Shown one piece after another: positions 24,300 through 37,018 of a stretch of 64,000 nucleotides of DNA (the stretch's first letter is position 1; every line of letters starts with the position of its first letter). Origin of the DNA: Spongospora subterranea f. sp. subterranea (taxonomy: Eukaryota); the NCBI GenBank assembly GCA_049724395.1, contig JAUGWO010000008.1:62001-126000 (forward strand), read 5' to 3'. The translations under genes were made by a program, and so were the position numbers. The notes beneath the pieces were generated by a model. The model was given only the letters and a program-made list of their open reading frames with translations, was not told the DNA's origin and ran no database searches.

Positions 24300-26560
24300 A
24301 ATCTTGGGTGCGCTAGCTCCATGCTGATGGTTGCATTTGTCTCTCAAACGACGTGATTCACTATGTAGTGGAGCTCGTTGTGCTTGTGCGCCCTAACGAT
24401 AACCTCTCCATCTTGATCCTTGATATGCAGAGTGTCGTCAATGACTACGCTTACCCCTTGATCGGTAAACGATTTCGTAACTAATAAAGTCTTGGTAATG
24501 CCCGGGACGAATAATACATTGTGAACAGCAATTGGTGGTTTGCAATGTATCGTCAGTGATCCTTGTCTGTATGCAGGTGATGTCTCGCCGTTGCTGCAAG
24601 TGATCATGATCGGGTCCTGTAGTGACCTGTGGTTGTGAAGTAAGTTCAAATCATTTGTCATGCTGACGTTAGCGCCACTATCGATGAGATAGGCACTTTT
24701 GATGGAGAACGTTCTGGCGGACGTACTGTGGAATCCTGTGAATTCCTGTTCTTTTTCGTCAGTAGTGGCCGTGTTGTTGACAGGACCGTTGTTCCTATAG
24801 TGCTTCTTTAAGTGTGGGTGCAATAACCAACATTCTTCGTTCAAATGCGTTGATCGCCTGCAACGGGTGCATCAATGACATATAGCCACAAAGAAAGAAA
24901 AATTGGCATCGCACAAAGAGAACAATACTTGGACCCTCGTCGACTGCCCACGGAACGTGAAAACTATAAAATGCCGATGGATATTCACCCAGAAAAAAGG
25001 CAAAGATGCTACACTTACATACAAAGCCCGATTCGTTGCAAAAGGCTAGTCCAGAGTTATGGAACCGATTATCACGACACCTACTCCTCAGTACTCGCAC
25101 CCACATCGCTTCGCTTACTCATCTGCATCGCAGTGAACAAAAGCTGGAAGCTACACCAGAAGGACTTTACAACCGCTTACTTGAACGCATCCCTTCTCAC
25201 ACCTATTGACATTGAGCAACCGGAAGGGTTTGTCGAGCAGGGTGGCGGTATCATGACCAAGTACAAGGTTTGTTTACTCTCCAAAGCCCTCAACGGTTTG
25301 AAACAAGCTGGACGTGCTTGGCAAAACACATTATTTGACGTCATGGCTTCGCAAAACTACAAACAATCGATAAAGGAACCATGCATTTGGTTTCAATGTC
25401 ACAACAACCAACTTACCATGATAGGCATCTACGTCGACGACATACTCATCACTGGTTGACAACGAACTTGAAATCGAACGCATTTCCACAACACTTGGCA
25501 ACAACTTTAACTGAAGCATATTGGAGAACTGCAAGAATTCTAATGCTCTATAATCAATATGCATCAATAAGGTCAGTTGCCAACATGATTCGTAATGATG
25601 TCTGATCTTGTGTACCAAAGAAGAAGTCTCGTTGTAGTCGACTCCGATTTTTTGAGTGTATTCTTCAGCGACATAACATGCCTTGTGCTGCGTCTGTCCT
25701 GCTGCATCAGTTCTCTCGGTGAAAACCCACCTGCCGGTGATCGGCTTGATATCATCTGGTGCATTCACGAGCGTCCACGTCTGATTCTGCTCGTGAGCGG
25801 TCATTTCTTCAAACGCAGCTTGGTACCATTGCTGAGCCTCTGGAATCTTCATTGCTTCTTTGAACGATTTCGGTAGATCCTGACTAGTCGTGTTGTTGGT
25901 AGCATACACGAATTCGTCAATGATCTCCATTCGCTCATGACTGTCCTCATCTCGAGTTCGTTGTTGATCGGTGAATTGACTTTCATTAAATGTCACAGCG
26001 TGTCGAATAAAAATTCTTTTGTCGGCGAATCTTTGTAGCACGTAACCTTTTTGGTACCCAGAGGAAGATGCAATGCTTGTTTCTGAACGACTTATCGATG
26101 TTTGCCCAAGCAATACATCCAAAGCTTCGTAAATTGCTGCTGAAAGACAATCAAGAAGCTATATTCATCAACAAGAACGATTGCTCCATTCGAAGATCAA
26201 AGCATATCGACATTCAGTATCACTACGTTCATGACATGATCAAGAAAAGGAGGATTGATGTACAATACGTCCAGACGAACGACATGATCGCAGATATACT
26301 GACGAAGCCATTAAACGAAAGAATATTCAAGAAGCTTAAAATTTTCTGACGAAGGATTGAACCCGCATTCTGTTAGGCAGGGAGCGTAACAGACTATGCA
26401 GCTCTAAATTGTTCATCTTCTGAAGACAGAAGTAAACCTCCAACCGTACGCAACGGGTTTGAACCTCATACCCGAATTTAATGGTAAGAATTGGGAAATT
26501 TTCAAAAGGAAACTGGAAACACAGTTTATTCGCATGGGCATCGAAACTTACTAACCTGGG
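24300..26560. mobile_element. Scrambled Ty1/copia fragments in alternating orientation
   Basis: Protease YLIDSGAN (-, 24344-24844); RT NNTWTLV..YKARFVAKG, LNGLKQAGRAW, YVDDILI (+, ~24900-25460); INT-RT junction of another copy (-, ~25600-26070); RNaseH RSKHIDIQYH..ADILTKPL (+, ~26140-26349); gag FNGKNW..FKRKLE (+, ~26477-26550). Confidence 0.9.
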
Positions 26561-26861
26561 GGTCGCGTACTCAGGTACAATACGATGTCTGGGTAAGTTA
26601 TCTTTCTCGGAGATGTAGAATCGGAGGCGCTGAAATTCTGGTCGAATCGGAAGGTCTGCGGTCGTGTTGTTGTCGGTCAACAGTAAATACCGATGCGTCT
26701 CTTCTCGCGACTTGCTTTCAGATAAAGGGGTTCAATTTCCCCTACCTGAAATATTTGTCAACTTTGCTCTTTGAATTGGCAAAGATGGGACTGTACCCTT
26801 AATAAATCGCTGCGAAGGTCAAGAGGTTCTGATGCAAAGCTTGTTTTTGAATCAGAAAGAG

Positions 26862-27294
26862 TTACAAATCTTCATGTTGACACAGCCCTTTTCGTGGCGG
26901 CGTACCACGTCGATGATGCTTCAGTTCGAAGAGTCGGTCGCCGCATCTGATGGCAGCCGCGATGAGCCCGTGCAAGTCGGACGATTTTGGGCAGGTCAAT
27001 AGAAGTTCTTTCTCCTCCTCGTTGAGGCTTTTACGGAATTGATGCTTCGCCGCCGCCCCATCCCAATCCGCAGCGCCCGTCGGCAACTGAAAACTCGCTG
27101 CCGTACGTGACAAAAAGTCGGCGACCCTGGCGTAAAATTTTCAATCGCCTGGCTGCGGTAGTGGTCTTGTTGGGGTCGTCAAACCTGGTGCGTAAGGCTT
27201 GAACGAACTTTGGAGGACCTTGAAGCAACGGTCCTGCCGTTCGAATATCGGCGAGAACCACAACAGAGCATTCCCTTTCAGGAGTCAACATCAC
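26862..27294 (-). mobile_element. Ty3/gypsy gag remnant
   Basis: FVQALRTRFDDPNKTTTAARRLKILRQG...WD....HQFRKSLNEE..LI..AIR.. (retrotransposon gag-like); frameshifted. Confidence 0.75.
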
Positions 27295-27895
27295 CTTGTC
27301 GGCATCCGCAGCGTTCCGGTGAGTTCACTTTCTTCTTGTCTAATGGATATAAATCTGTGAACGGCTCAAGTCATAATTGAACTCGTGGCTCTCAATCTCT
27401 TTCAGATCCTAAATAAAATCTAAGGCACAGAAGTTGCTGTCTGTATCGCCGAAATTGGGTATATTTCCACCTAACGATGACAGAGGCATTAAGCTCCGTT
27501 TCGGTGCCAGGACCCCAGGACCTGCGGTCATTGTGAATAGAAACTGCAGCAATCGTTCGATTTTCGCTGCCGATCCAACCGACCGACTACGACGTCTAAC
27601 TGATCATGCAGCATGTGTGAGAACTGTTCCGATAATGCCCTTTCGTCCTCTGGCGTCATGTTCCAGAGCTGGGACTCTAGGCCTTGGACTGTGTGAGAAG
27701 GTTCCAAGTCTATACAATGTCTATGCTGGATTCGATACCGGTTCCATATCTGGGGGGAGTGGGTGTTGATCACGATGGGTTGCACCATGGTAGGGCTTCA
27801 TCTTCTTCTGATTTGGTGCTGATACATTTCCTGCAGTTCAACCGATATTGATTAACCAGCATCTAGGGTGATTTTGACGTTTTATTATATATATA

Positions 27896-27967
27896 TCCGA
27901 TATAGTATAGGGGTCAGTATATGCGTCTTTCACATGCAAGACCGGGGTTCGAGTCCCCGTATCGGAA
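27896..27967 (+). tRNA. tRNA-Glu(UUC)
   Basis: Identical copy followed by a T run. Confidence 0.96.
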
Positions 27968-27989
27968 TATTTTTTCGATTTTGCAGTTT

Positions 27990-28935
27990 CTGGAACCTTG
28001 TACGTAATGTTCTGCGCTTCCGATTCTTACACAAGCAGAATTTTTATGTTTGTGAGGTACTGTACGCATCACTTTCCACCGAATAAGGATCGACTGTTCA
28101 TTAGTCATTGCACTCACGTTTGCGCCGCTGTCCATCAGAAAGGAATGGCATCGCTCCTGTTCCCATGTGGTGCATGGAATACAGTGAATTCTGTCTCTTC
28201 GACGAGATCTGTCTAACGCTTTCGTGCAGATTGCTAATTCTCCTAAGCTTTGTCGTATGTACGATTTCATCGACTCCCTGGGCGTCTGGAGACCCTATTT
28301 ACCATCGTGGGACTTGACACTTATTACCTACACAATCCCCAAGCAACAAAATCCGAAACGACAAACTGGCCACATTCCGCTGTTTCGTCATATTTTTTCT
28401 TTCAAACGGCTCCAAGTTTAGCAAGTGGTTGCACATTTCGCCGATTTGCTTAAACTGCATTGGGTTAGGCACATTGTTATCTCGCTGTGGCCAGTTTGTC
28501 GTTTTGGATTTCGTGGAGCATGTTTTTGCTTGGGAAATTGTATAGGTAAGTGTCAATTCCCATGATGGTAAATTGGGTCTCCAGTTTTCTTTTGAATTCT
28601 TCCCTGTTGAATCCGTCGAACTGGGGAATCAGTTTTATGCCGGTGTTATATTGAGACAAGTTGACTTCTTCCGTCAGCCCATGTACTGTCTGATCATATT
28701 GGGCTGCTTGTCCATTATCGTTAGAATCGACGGTTTGTCATCGGCTGGAAGCCATTGTTTCGCGTCGTTTGCTCTTCGCCATCTTGTCTTGAGAGTTATG
28801 GGACTCTTAATCTTTTAAGCGATAGCGGTAGATAATGGTAGGTGGTTATGTAGTAAAGATAATGAGTGGTTTTAAGAAGTGATTGTATTATCATTGACGA
28901 TGTGTATATGACAAGTAATTGAATCCTGCCTATCA
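27990..28935 (-). mobile_element. Ty1/copia 5' remnant (putative LTR, PBS, gag, protease) with internal inverted duplication
   Basis: PBS GATTAAGAGTCCCAT (28798-28812), gag IPQFDGFNREEFKRKLE, protease FLMDSGANV; inverted arms 28286-28374 / 28486-28584. LTR limits uncertain. Confidence 0.8.
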
Positions 28936-28994
28936 ACGGCTCATCGTGAATAAGTTGATGATTGAAATATCGCATTCCAGATAATCAATATATA

Positions 28995-29066
28995 TCCGAT
29001 ATAGTATAGGGGTCAGTATATGCGTCTTTCACATGCAAGACCGGGGTTCGAGTCCCCGTATCGGAA
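28995..29066 (+). tRNA. tRNA-Glu(UUC)
   Basis: Identical copy followed by a T run. Confidence 0.96.
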
Positions 29067-30499
29067 CTTATTTTTTCTGTCTTGCTATAATTAAGTCTGC
29101 ACATGTTTCATTCCAATTGTTCAGGGAAGGCTGAAATTTTTTGTTCAATTGCGGGATTCTGTGATCTTTTTCAACTCGACCCGCGTTGAAAACATCGATT
29201 TGATCTCCAATCGTATCTGCAGAATATGAAAACCAATCCCATAGCTTAACACATTTCTTCCTATCACTCCATGTGTTTGTACAACACGTCAAGTTTGAGT
29301 TCACGCCTTTGCTCATTTTTTAATATTGCCGTTGAGCGAAACCCTTTGAAAAATGAAGAACTACGAAGTTAAGTCGCAACCTACACCATATGTTGTTGAG
29401 AGTATCGCATTAAAAATTTTTCTGCTGTTTCTGGCGCACGATGGTGTTCATTTTGTGGAACTGGTTATATTTTGTTGACGTGCGCTGGAAGCAATCTAAT
29501 CCCTTGGTTGTTTCGTTGGTGGTGCCACCAGAGATAGAATCGAACGGAGCAGCAGCTCGTGGCTAGTTTCCTGAGGAGTACCACCCAATCTTGATGAGTC
29601 TGGCCAATCCAGCCGTCTGGAGCACTTGCGTGGATAGCATGAAATGGCCCATCCTCCGGTGTCGAACTGAGTGAGCTTGTCGACCAAGTTTTCTTTCTTG
29701 TACTGTTGTTTAGTTTGCTTTGAGCTCAGGTCGAATCTTCACTGTTGGATTGCGCTTCCTATCTGGTCATGGTAAGGTGAATTATCAGTTTGATTGCTTT
29801 TCCTCGGTTATGCAGTTTTAGGCGTTAACCTGTCTGTAAGTTGAGAATCGGTGATGGGCTTCAAAATTTAGGGTTTGACAGCCAAAACAAGATTATTCAA
29901 TGGCAACACCGTTGTACTTGACCGGAATAATCGGAAGCTTCAAACATTATTCTACTAACTGTGGAATGACAACTTGGTCCCCAGACGCACTCAGGTCATC
30001 GGTCACCTTTTGGACCAATAAAAAATAGATAGCGATATATCGTATCTGCCGTCATCAAGCGCCATTGGCCGAACACAATCTCAGGCTAATCAAGGGAGAG
30101 CCGTCATGTTCGTTTCAATTCCTTACAACAACATAGGAATCAGCAGTCTTTCTATTCTAATTTTGCTTTAGCGTCCGAATGATAGTACTTCACTCTTTCG
30201 TCGATATTTTAGGCGCTATGATCCACATAGCACATAAATCTAAGTCATCAAGAGGAGAAGACCTAGATCACAAATTTATCCGTTCCATCTTCCCAATTAT
30301 ATCTCAGCTCATACTAGCAGCAATACGTATTGAAATGAATCCGCCAACTTAGAAACCTTGCTTCAGTTCGATCTGGGCGTTCATGCTTTCGTTGATATAA
30401 GAACGCAACCCCAACGTCGCCTTCAACAGGCATCACATGGTCTACGAAAATCAGTAGAACATCAAAGCATGCACATTCCATAATCGCGGTGTCCGCCAC

Positions 30500-33400
30500 T
30501 GTCTTGTACGCTGTCTACGCTGTCTACGCTGTCTACGCTGTAATGAATAAACTGATATACGAGTACTGTATATATTTATCTTCTATTGTTTGTACAGATT
30601 AAGAGTCCCAGCTGTCACATGAGCGAGAAAGACCGGGCGCTAGTCCCACTATTTGACGGAAGTAACTTCCAGCAATGGCGCCATCGAATGGCGAACCTTC
30701 TCATAGAAAAGGATCTAGATGAGGTAACGGGCATCGACCCCAAAACCTTAATGCCGACATTGGAGGCACCGAGCATCACATTCAAAAAGAAGGAGACGGA
30801 GACTGTGGTAGACTACAGTCGCCAGGATAGAAAGGCACGCGCTGCCATCCAGCATCGGGTCAGCGACAATGTCCTCACCATCATCCAAGGCTGCGAGACA
30901 GCTCACCAGACATGGGCGCTGCTCCATTCAACCTACTGAGAACATCGATGGCGGCCATCGTCGCAGCCCAAGGACCACAATAAGTCCATGCAGGACTACA
31001 TCGCAGAAGTCCAGCGAAATTGCCGTTCCTTGACCGACACAGGGATGACATTGGAGTCCCTTCCTGTCGCCATTCTTCTAGCAAATCTCGATGGGGACTA
31101 CGCCGCGGTGACATCCGCCCTGGACACCCTGGAAAAGGTATTGATGGACAAGGCATCAACAATGCTTTTAAACGCAGAAATCGCCCACAAGGCCGAATAT
31201 GTTCCCCCCATACACGCTTCAGTGGCGCAAGAGCTTGAACAACTCCTGTCGCAAGTCGCCGCACTTGCAGTCAGATCAAATCGTCGACGATTGTTCAACG
31301 GGAGGCCATGCTCCGTTCATGGACCATTCTCTGTCCACACCGACCAGGATTGTCGAAGCCAACCGCACGCCAATAAACAGCCATACTCCTCCTACTCTTC
31401 CGCCCTGTTTTCAACTTCTCCACCAGAATTGCGTCGTTTCTACATCGACTCCGGAGCCGGCAGGCATTTGGATTTTGACCGCAAAGCAATGTCTCAATAC
31501 ACTGCAGCTTTGGGACCGGAAATTCAGTTGGGTGACGATACAGCAATCGCGTAGAAGGGCTCGGCTCCAGCCACATTGACCTTGCCACTGGTCCAGGATT
31601 TCTCACCAACGTGCTCCACGTGCCCAAGCTTGCCAAGAAACTGCTCTCCGTTGGCCAAAGCACTGACACTGGACTAAAATTCTGGTTTGACAAAAACTCT
31701 TCGTCACCCAACTGAATTTCCGGTCCCAAAGCTGCAGTGTATTGAGACATTGCTTTGCGGTCAAAATCCAAATGCCTGCCGGCTCCGGAGTCGATGTAGA
31801 AACGACGCAATTCTGGTGGAGAAGTTGAAAACAGGGCGGAAGAGTAGGAGGAGTATGGCTGTTTATTGGCGTGCGGTTGGCTTCGACAATCCTGGTCGGT
31901 GTGGACAGAGAATGGTCCATGAACGGAGCATGGCCTCCCGTTGAACAATCGTCGACGATTTGATCTGACTGCAAGTGCGGCGACTTGCGACAGGAGTCGT
32001 TCAAGCTCTTGCGCCACTGAAGCGTGTATGGGGAACATATTCGGCCTTGTGGGCGATTTCTGCGTTTAAAAGCATTGTTGATGCCTTGTCCATCGATACC
32101 TATGTTTGTGATGACGATGCTGCAATTTCTGAAGTCAGATCGGATACTGTCTCTATCAGAGACTCCACACAAAACCGGACCGAACCTGAAATCTTGGTAT
32201 TGGACGAATCTGATAGTGGTGACTCTGACTACCACGACGTACAAGCAGAGCCAACCGAAGTTGACCTTAATCGGCGGCACTCCACTCGCAATCGAGCACC
32301 TATCGATCGCTTCACCCCCGTCCTCATTGCTGACACGTTTGACAAATACCCACGTTTGTCACTTGAAGGCGTGTGATGTCCCAATTCCTACATCCTTCAA
32401 GGGGGCGTTATCTTGTGAATATGCAGGCCATTGGCTCGATGCTGCCCACACAGAGTTGAAAACACTACAGCGATTCGGAACATTCAAATTGTCAAAGCTC
32501 CCCCCAGGCCGAAAAGCCATCGATTGCAAGTTCGTTTTCGTTTTTAATGTGAAGCCCCGACCAGATGGAACAATCTTGAAATTTAAAGCTCGACTGGTGG
32601 CAAAATGATTTTCCCAGAGACCCGGTTTAGATTATAACGAAACCTTCTCTCCAGTGGCTCACGCCGAATCGTTTCGAGCAATCTTGGCGATTGCAGCTCA
32701 GCATAACCTCCACCTCCGCCAAGTTGACATCGTGGGCGCTTTCCTCAATGGTGTGTTAGAAGAGGAGCTTTACATGAAGCAACCAGAAGAGTTTGTCCAA
32801 CCGGGACAGACAACCTTGTTTTGAGGCGATTTATGGCCTTAAGCAAGCCGGTAGGGTTTGGAACACGCAACTCCACAATTTCCTAACCACAAGGCTGAAG
32901 TTTGTCCAAACCAAGGCCGACCCATGTGTCTATACGATCAATGATGGCGCCAAATACCCGGTTCTAGCCATCCACGTAGACGACATGTTGCTAGCCCACA
33001 ACTGTAAGGAATTTTCAGACAATATCGTCAGGTTGCTATCACAACAATTCGAAATAACTGACATCGGAAATCCGACCCTCCTGCTCAGAATGAGAGTGAC
33101 ACGAGACGGTGATACAGGCTTAATTACCATTGACCAAGCATCATGAAACTCTTGCCAGGTTTCAAATGACCGAATCCAAAGCCAGCTCCACTCCCCATCA
33201 ACCGAACCTACACCTTTCCAAGGACATTTGCCCCAAAACCAATGAAGACCTCGATGAGATGAAAGACATTCCCTTCAAGGATCTAGTTGGATCACTCCTT
33301 TGGCTTGCGACGAATACGCGGCCAGACATTGCTCAAGCAGTCGGATCACTTTGCCGGTTCGCCTCAAATCCTGTAAAACAGTACTGGACCGCTGCCAAGC

Positions 33401-33732
33401 GAGTGCTTCGTTACCTGAGTACTACTCAAGAGTTCGGTATTCGTTAAGTGCATGATGAGACATATCCGGATATGGTAGCGTATTCAGATAGTGATTGGGC
33501 GAACTGGACCGATACCCGAAGGTCAACAACCGGCTACATACTTATGTATGCCGGAGGTCCGATCTCATGGAAGTCAAAATTACAGAAAACAGAAGGGACA
33601 TCGTCTGTCACAGCGGAATATCAAGCACTATATGACACTACTCGTGCGTGTAAATGGATACGTCAATCATTTGAGGAGATTGGGTACCCCATTCGAAGTA
33701 GCCGCGCATCACGAACCCTACCGTTAATTTAA
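30500..33732 (+). mobile_element. Defective Ty1/copia retrotransposon; integrase missing at the site of an inverted duplication
   Basis: LTR end ...TGTACA then PBS GATTAAGAGTCCCAG; gag PLFDGSNFQQW; protease FYIDSGA; RT FKARLVAK, YGLKQAGRVW, HVDDML, TRPDIA; RNaseH YSDSDWA..RRSTTGY; stops and frameshifts; 5' limit approximate. Confidence 0.92.
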
Positions 33733-34099
33733 ATTCAACTTTCATCTAATACGCTTCTTCAATAGCGATGAATTCATGATTTGATATTGCCGGTTGAAAA
33801 TATGTACTTTTATCACCCTGCCGGTAGCACGTGCCGGGTATTGAAGGTATCTTACCGTACCTTGCCGAGGCCTAGCTGCAGCTTCAGGCCAAACCACTAG
33901 AACGTGCAGTGATACTGTCTGCATGTGCATTTCAGTGTTTGAATGAATTGAGCAAGCAAAAGTAAGCGAACAGAACAGAAACTGATATCGTCAATAAAAA
34001 AAATTACATCATGAGAGATGCTATTACCGCATCAGAGGGTCGAACCTATGGAAGTCACAACAGTTCTGAATCAACACGAACAGAATCTTATTCTGAACG

Positions 34100-35200
34100 T
34101 CATTTCATACTTTGCAGATAATGATATATGAAGAAGGTCGCCGACAATGCAAGGTTATTTTGATGCCCGAAGCGTAAATGGCCTGTAATCACTGTCACTG
34201 GAGCTGAAACATATGAGATAATCAGTAACAGGTCCAGTGATGGGAATTTCTTCGGCCTGGCACGTGTCGGGCTTGACGTCTTCCTCACAGCCGTGAAACT
34301 GATGTGACCTTGTGGCGAAATGGCATCCTGATAGAGGTCATATTGGGGGCCTCGACGTTTGACTCCATTTCGGCATTGGCAACTCAACAAATTACAACGA
34401 TTCTTGTTGAAGACCATCTCTTTCGGACCCGCATCGCATGCGGCGCACTGAAAACTGGAAAAGTTAAACCCCAATCCATCATTAAACCTACATACTTGAT
34501 TATCGAGTACTGGAAAAATCGGTCGAGATGGCGATCGGACGAGATTGTGGTCGAAACAGGTTTGATGATGGTGAAATTGGACGGAAGGTCATCCTCAGAG
34601 AGGTTCTGTACGTTCCGACGGGGTTATTTTCAGTGAGCGCCACTTGCGATGCAGGTGCGTTAGGAGTGGTCTTCGACAAGGATCAAAATAATCTTCACAT
34701 CAACGGTTCCGTCGAGGAGACCGCGAGCCCCATGCCAACTGTACAAGGTTAAGCTGGCAAATGTCGAAATCGAGTCAAATGTCGAGGCCGCGAATATGAC
34801 CGCTGCGAGACTTGAGAAAGATATAGTCCGCGACAAAGTCGCATCAGTTTCATGGCTGTGAGGATGTCAAGCACGACACTCTGAAAGGCCGAGTGATTCA
34901 ACAATAGGATTTCGGTATTTATCGCCGCCGGTAAATTCCACCACTCGTTTCTCGTCGTTTCTTGACACGAAACCTCTCCAGAATTCCATCACTGATCATC
35001 TCCAACATAGTTCCAATGGATCTGAATCAGGTAACTCAAAACTGTTTGGGATAGGTTCGAGCCGATGATGCGGTAAAGCATCTCTCATGATGCAATTTCT
35101 TAATTGGACGTATAAGTTTTGGTTCTGTTGGTTTACCTTTGCCTGCATGCATCTGCAGTCACGCTTGTATTCCCTCTGCAAGAAATTTGGAAACTACAGC
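34100..35200. mobile_element. Old copia post-protease / pre-integrase remnants forming a diverged inverted pair
   Basis: VILREVLYVP..LFSVSA.CD.G..VVFDK on +; homologous ACDAGPKEMVFNK and HLRFGH on -. Confidence 0.65.
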
Positions 35201-35297
35201 TGTGAGCTCTAGAGGCTTGGCCTGCAGGCTTGGCTAACATGCAGAGCTGTAGTACCTGTCATCTCGGTCCGGTTTGCCAAGTGCCATGTGCGTGAGG

Positions 35298-35337
35298 GGT
35301 CCCATAATACAGTGTTCAATGTTCATCCGTATATAAA
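35298..35337 (+). promoter_or_regulatory. snRNA promoter (USE-like + TATA) of U2 copy 2
   Basis: GGTCCCATAA...TATATAA at the same spacing as the other copies. Confidence 0.8.
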
Positions 35338-35360
35338 CTTACGATGTGACCCGGTTCAGG

Positions 35361-35552
35361 TCAACCTTCTCGGCCTTTTGGCTAAGATCAAGTGTAGTAT
35401 CTGTTCTAGAACTCGTGATAAAGTTCTTGTTCCCACTGGGAACACTTTCACGACTATTTTTGATACCGGTTCGTTTGTGGCTCTGGCTTGCCATCCACAC
35501 GGGCGCACGTGATCTCTGCATTGCACTACAGCAGAGTGTCGCGGGTGCTCAA
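35361..35552 (+). ncRNA. U2: U2 spliceosomal snRNA (copy 2)
   Basis: Body identical to copy 1. Confidence 0.96.
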
Positions 35553-35979
35553 TAACCAAAATTTTAACTAAAACGAAAATATGAACATTTTGCTTTTCAA
35601 AAACTATCAAGCGCTCGCTGTCAAGGGGCTGAGTGCGAGTCTTTGGGACCGGAATTTGTGAAAGTCGCAGAATCAAACGCTAATCAAGTCTGCCAATGGC
35701 ACGTGATCTCTCATTGCATGTCTCACATACACAACCATCACTCATCCATCAAAGTTAATAGTGCAACGATGGCGTCATCATTTCAGTGAACAAAGCGCTT
35801 AACGTCAAAAAACTGGAATTTTTCATGATGTTCTGCAACGTAGTTGGCAAACGGCAATGGGTCCAAGACCACTTACAGGTGCCACCATCAATTTTCGAGT
35901 TAAGCTAATTGAGGCCATCCGTTTTCGCGAGATACAAAAATAAAACGTTTCTTTGTGTTCGTTTAATAGATGAATGTTT

Positions 35980-37018
35980 TTAATACTGCCCAATCGAAGG
36001 GTCTATAGTCTCTGCATACAAATGAAGTCCACCTAAATTTACAAGTGAACACACATAGGCGAGGCAGCAGTTTTTTGTAGACATGCCAACCGGAAGAAAA
36101 AGATGAAAAAAAGTGACGAAAATGAAATGGTCACAGATTTAGATGCCTTTCCAAGATATTTACTCAACGAGAAACACAGAAACAAATTACGGCTTGGTGT
36201 AAGAAGAGGTGAAATAGAGCTGACCATGAAGACTGTATACGTTTTGCCATCCGAGTTCTCGTAGCAAATCTGCGACGGCCTTAGAACGGACTCCGTGATG
36301 GCAAATCACAGCAATGTGCTGATCAACAGAAGTGCACTCATCGGGTAGCACGTCATTAACGGACTGTTGCAGTTCGGCACCATCAGCTGCATCAATATCT
36401 GTGGCCATGAACAACGCTGTCACGGGCAAATACCGAACATCATTGCCGCGTAAAGACACTTTAGCAATTTCTTCCCTAGATTGAAGTTTGTCAATAATAA
36501 GCGGAACTTTCACAGACAAATTAGATTTTTTCTGATATGGTCAACACGAGAAAATGTGTTTTAATAATATTCTGATTCACGATGAATAATTCTAAATCTG
36601 TAGCAAAAGCAGCGTAGTCCTATGAAAATCATCTAAACCGACGATTTGCAGATAGGGTTCGAAACTTTCAAGCAATCCTTGACGCAAAAAAACACGTAAA
36701 AAAAGTATGAATAACCGGCATCGGATTCGGCGTATGATAAGATAATTGAGGATCAACGTGTTATGTGGCCCACTTTTCTCTGACGTCCAGAATAATCAAT
36801 GAAGATTCCTGGTCATCTCGCAATGTCTGGAACTGTTCCGGGGTGATTTCAACGGCTTTGGGTTTGGTAAACAATCTGCGCCTGAACGGGACATTGTAGG
36901 CCATGGGGATGGGACCTCTGCAGTCAAAAAAGGAACGCGCATAGCCATGCGCCAAGGTCATAAACGACCGACGATGACGACCGACTGCTATCGCCAAACG
37001 TATTACGTTGGTCCTCAT
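35980..37018 (-). CDS. Single-domain rhodanese (sulfurtransferase-like), possible mitochondrial presequence; 3 exons
   Basis: IILDVRE, VICHHGVRS, NVYSLH|GGLHLYAETIDPSIGQY*; Arg-rich N-terminus lacking acidic residues. Confidence 0.88.

Noticed and set aside
29100..30480. Possible coding remnants
   Set aside because: No motif I could identify with confidence
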